Assembly (NCBI GenBank): GCA_963772725.1 | Contig: CAVYYI010000002.1 | Coordinates: forward strand, 224,001-288,000 | From: an uncultured Phycisphaerales bacterium | Lineage (GTDB): Bacteria > Planctomycetota > Phycisphaerae > Sedimentisphaerales > Anaerobacaceae | Direction: 5' to 3' | DNA: 64,000 bases | Shown: positions 62,775 to 64,000 of the stretch, piece by piece | Position numbering within the stretch: the stretch's first letter is position 1 | Layout of the letters: every line of letters starts with the position of its first letter | Notes under the pieces: generated by a model | The model's database searches: none | Told to the model about the DNA's origin: nothing | What the model saw: only the letters and a program-made list of their open reading frames with translations | Position numbers and translations under genes: made by a program

Positions 62775-63231
62775 TTTTCCTGTGACTGCGTTTTTGAAAC
62801 AGCGAATATTCACAGTCATAAATTGTCGGAACCTTTCCATTGCAAACATCCTTTCGCTCCCGCTGAGCGGGGGTTTAGACATAGTATCGATTTTGCCATA
62901 TTGATTTTCGACTCCTTTTAATTGAGTCTTAACCTCTATTAAGGCACATGCACAATTGATAACGTCCGGTAACATTTTCGCTGCCGGAATAAGATAGAGA
63001 CTATCAGATTTGCTGAATGTCCCGTTAAACAACGGCCCGGCAATTAAAGTGTCAAATCAGTATCAACATGTCGATTTTCTTAAATGGTAATCAGCACAAC
63101 TGATACAATCATCAAAAGATTTGGATTGCGACTGCCCTTCTATAAATGGTCAAAACAGGTTCAATCCTGTGTTATTGTCATTATCAAATTACTTCGTTTT
63201 TTTTTCAAAAATTTTATCTAATGCCCTATAA

Positions 63232-64000
63232 TTATGGTCTCGTAATACTTTTGTAAAACGCCCCCGCCGCGGGTGTCCAGCGTTTAGATACGCCCGCAGT
63301 CGGCCAGACCTGTATCGCCGCAACTGTTGGAGATGCGGTAACGGTTACTGAACAGAAAGATGTGTTTTTTATCCCATCGCCAAGAACATATAAAGCTCCA
63401 ACTACGCTGATACGTTCGTTCCATTTGTCCTTCATATCAATGTGGCAGCCCACCTGAACATAACCTGTTACATTAAGCCTTGCGGCTATACCCTGGCCTG
63501 TCAAAATATTTCCTACCAAAAGAGCGGGGAAGTTTTTAACAGCGGTGATAGCAGTGCTGCTTGAGTCGTTCATCTTTAAATCGTTTGAGACTACAAGCAT
63601 TCCTGTTATCTGCACATTGCCGGCCAATTGCAGGTCTCCGCTGCGATAATAGATGCCGGCCGGATTACTCGGTGTGGGTCCCAGTGTGATATTCTGGAGC
63701 GTATCCGAGCCAAGAACCGTAACAAAATATTTGGTTGAACCGATATAATAATACGAACTGTAATCAGGTAAGACCGGCAGATTTACAGGGGGAGCTGTAT
63801 AATTCTGATATTTTTGTCCACTGACAGAACCCCAGCCGGATATGATGTTTATAGTATTTCGAGAGTAGACATCGCCGTAAATCGTATTGTATATGTTAAG
63901 GGTATCGCCGCAATATACATCTCCCGTTATGGTAACCTGTGAAGGTATCGCCTGTGAGGCTCCCTGCCAATAACCGACGCAGGGATTAAACCGTAATTCG
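63232..64000 (-). CDS. Pilus-associated (PilX-like) protein, C-terminal part; 5' end outside the window
   Basis: The frame of the 63232-63627 ORF stays open to the window edge. Beta-rich IxGDVY repeats. Function inferred from context. Confidence 0.55.
   Translation of the reverse strand, partial: ELRFNPCVGYWQGASQAIPSQVTITGDVYCGDTLNIYNTIYGDVYSRNTINIISGWGSVSGQKYQNYTAPPVNLPVLPDYSSYYYIGSTKYFVTVLGSDTLQNITLGPTPSNPAGIYYRSGDLQLAGNVQITGMLVVSNDLKMNDSSSTAITAVKNFPALLVGNILTGQGIAARLNVTGYVQVGCHIDMKDKWNERISVVGALYVLGDGIKNTSFCSVTVTASPTVAAIQVWPTAGVSKRWTPAAGAFYKSITRP

Overview
Bacterial chromosomal window, probably from an anaerobic planctomycete (Phycisphaerae-like). This taxonomy is inferred only from gene content (PEP-CTERM proteins, AroD-AroE fusion, Hc1-like protein, T2SS/T4P cluster). 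Bases 1-11.9 kb are a decayed accessory region. It holds a HerA/VirB4-like ATPase cut by an IS66, an MmeI-like restriction-modification gene split by a Mutator-like IS with an 8-bp target duplication, and a head-to-tail dimer of an IS4/IS5-like element lying between a sigma70 promoter and ppdK. Bases 12-47 kb are mostly housekeeping (ppdK, LPS kinase, MsbA-like ABC, gnd, aroDE, fabZ-like, UDG, tsaD, larB, valS, lspA, topA, aminotransferase). Inserted among these are a type I R-M cassette (HsdR, fused HsdM-HsdS, HEPN-like gene) behind an attenuator-like structured leader, a 161-bp MITE carrying a REP-like palindrome, and three PEP-CTERM genes behind a long structured leader. Bases 47-64 kb carry a multicopper oxidase and a T2SS/type IV pilus operon with an embedded kinase / receiver / HD-GYP / STAS signalling module. 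Many conserved genes are frameshifted, most likely from long-read indel errors. No tRNA, rRNA or CRISPR array was recognised.
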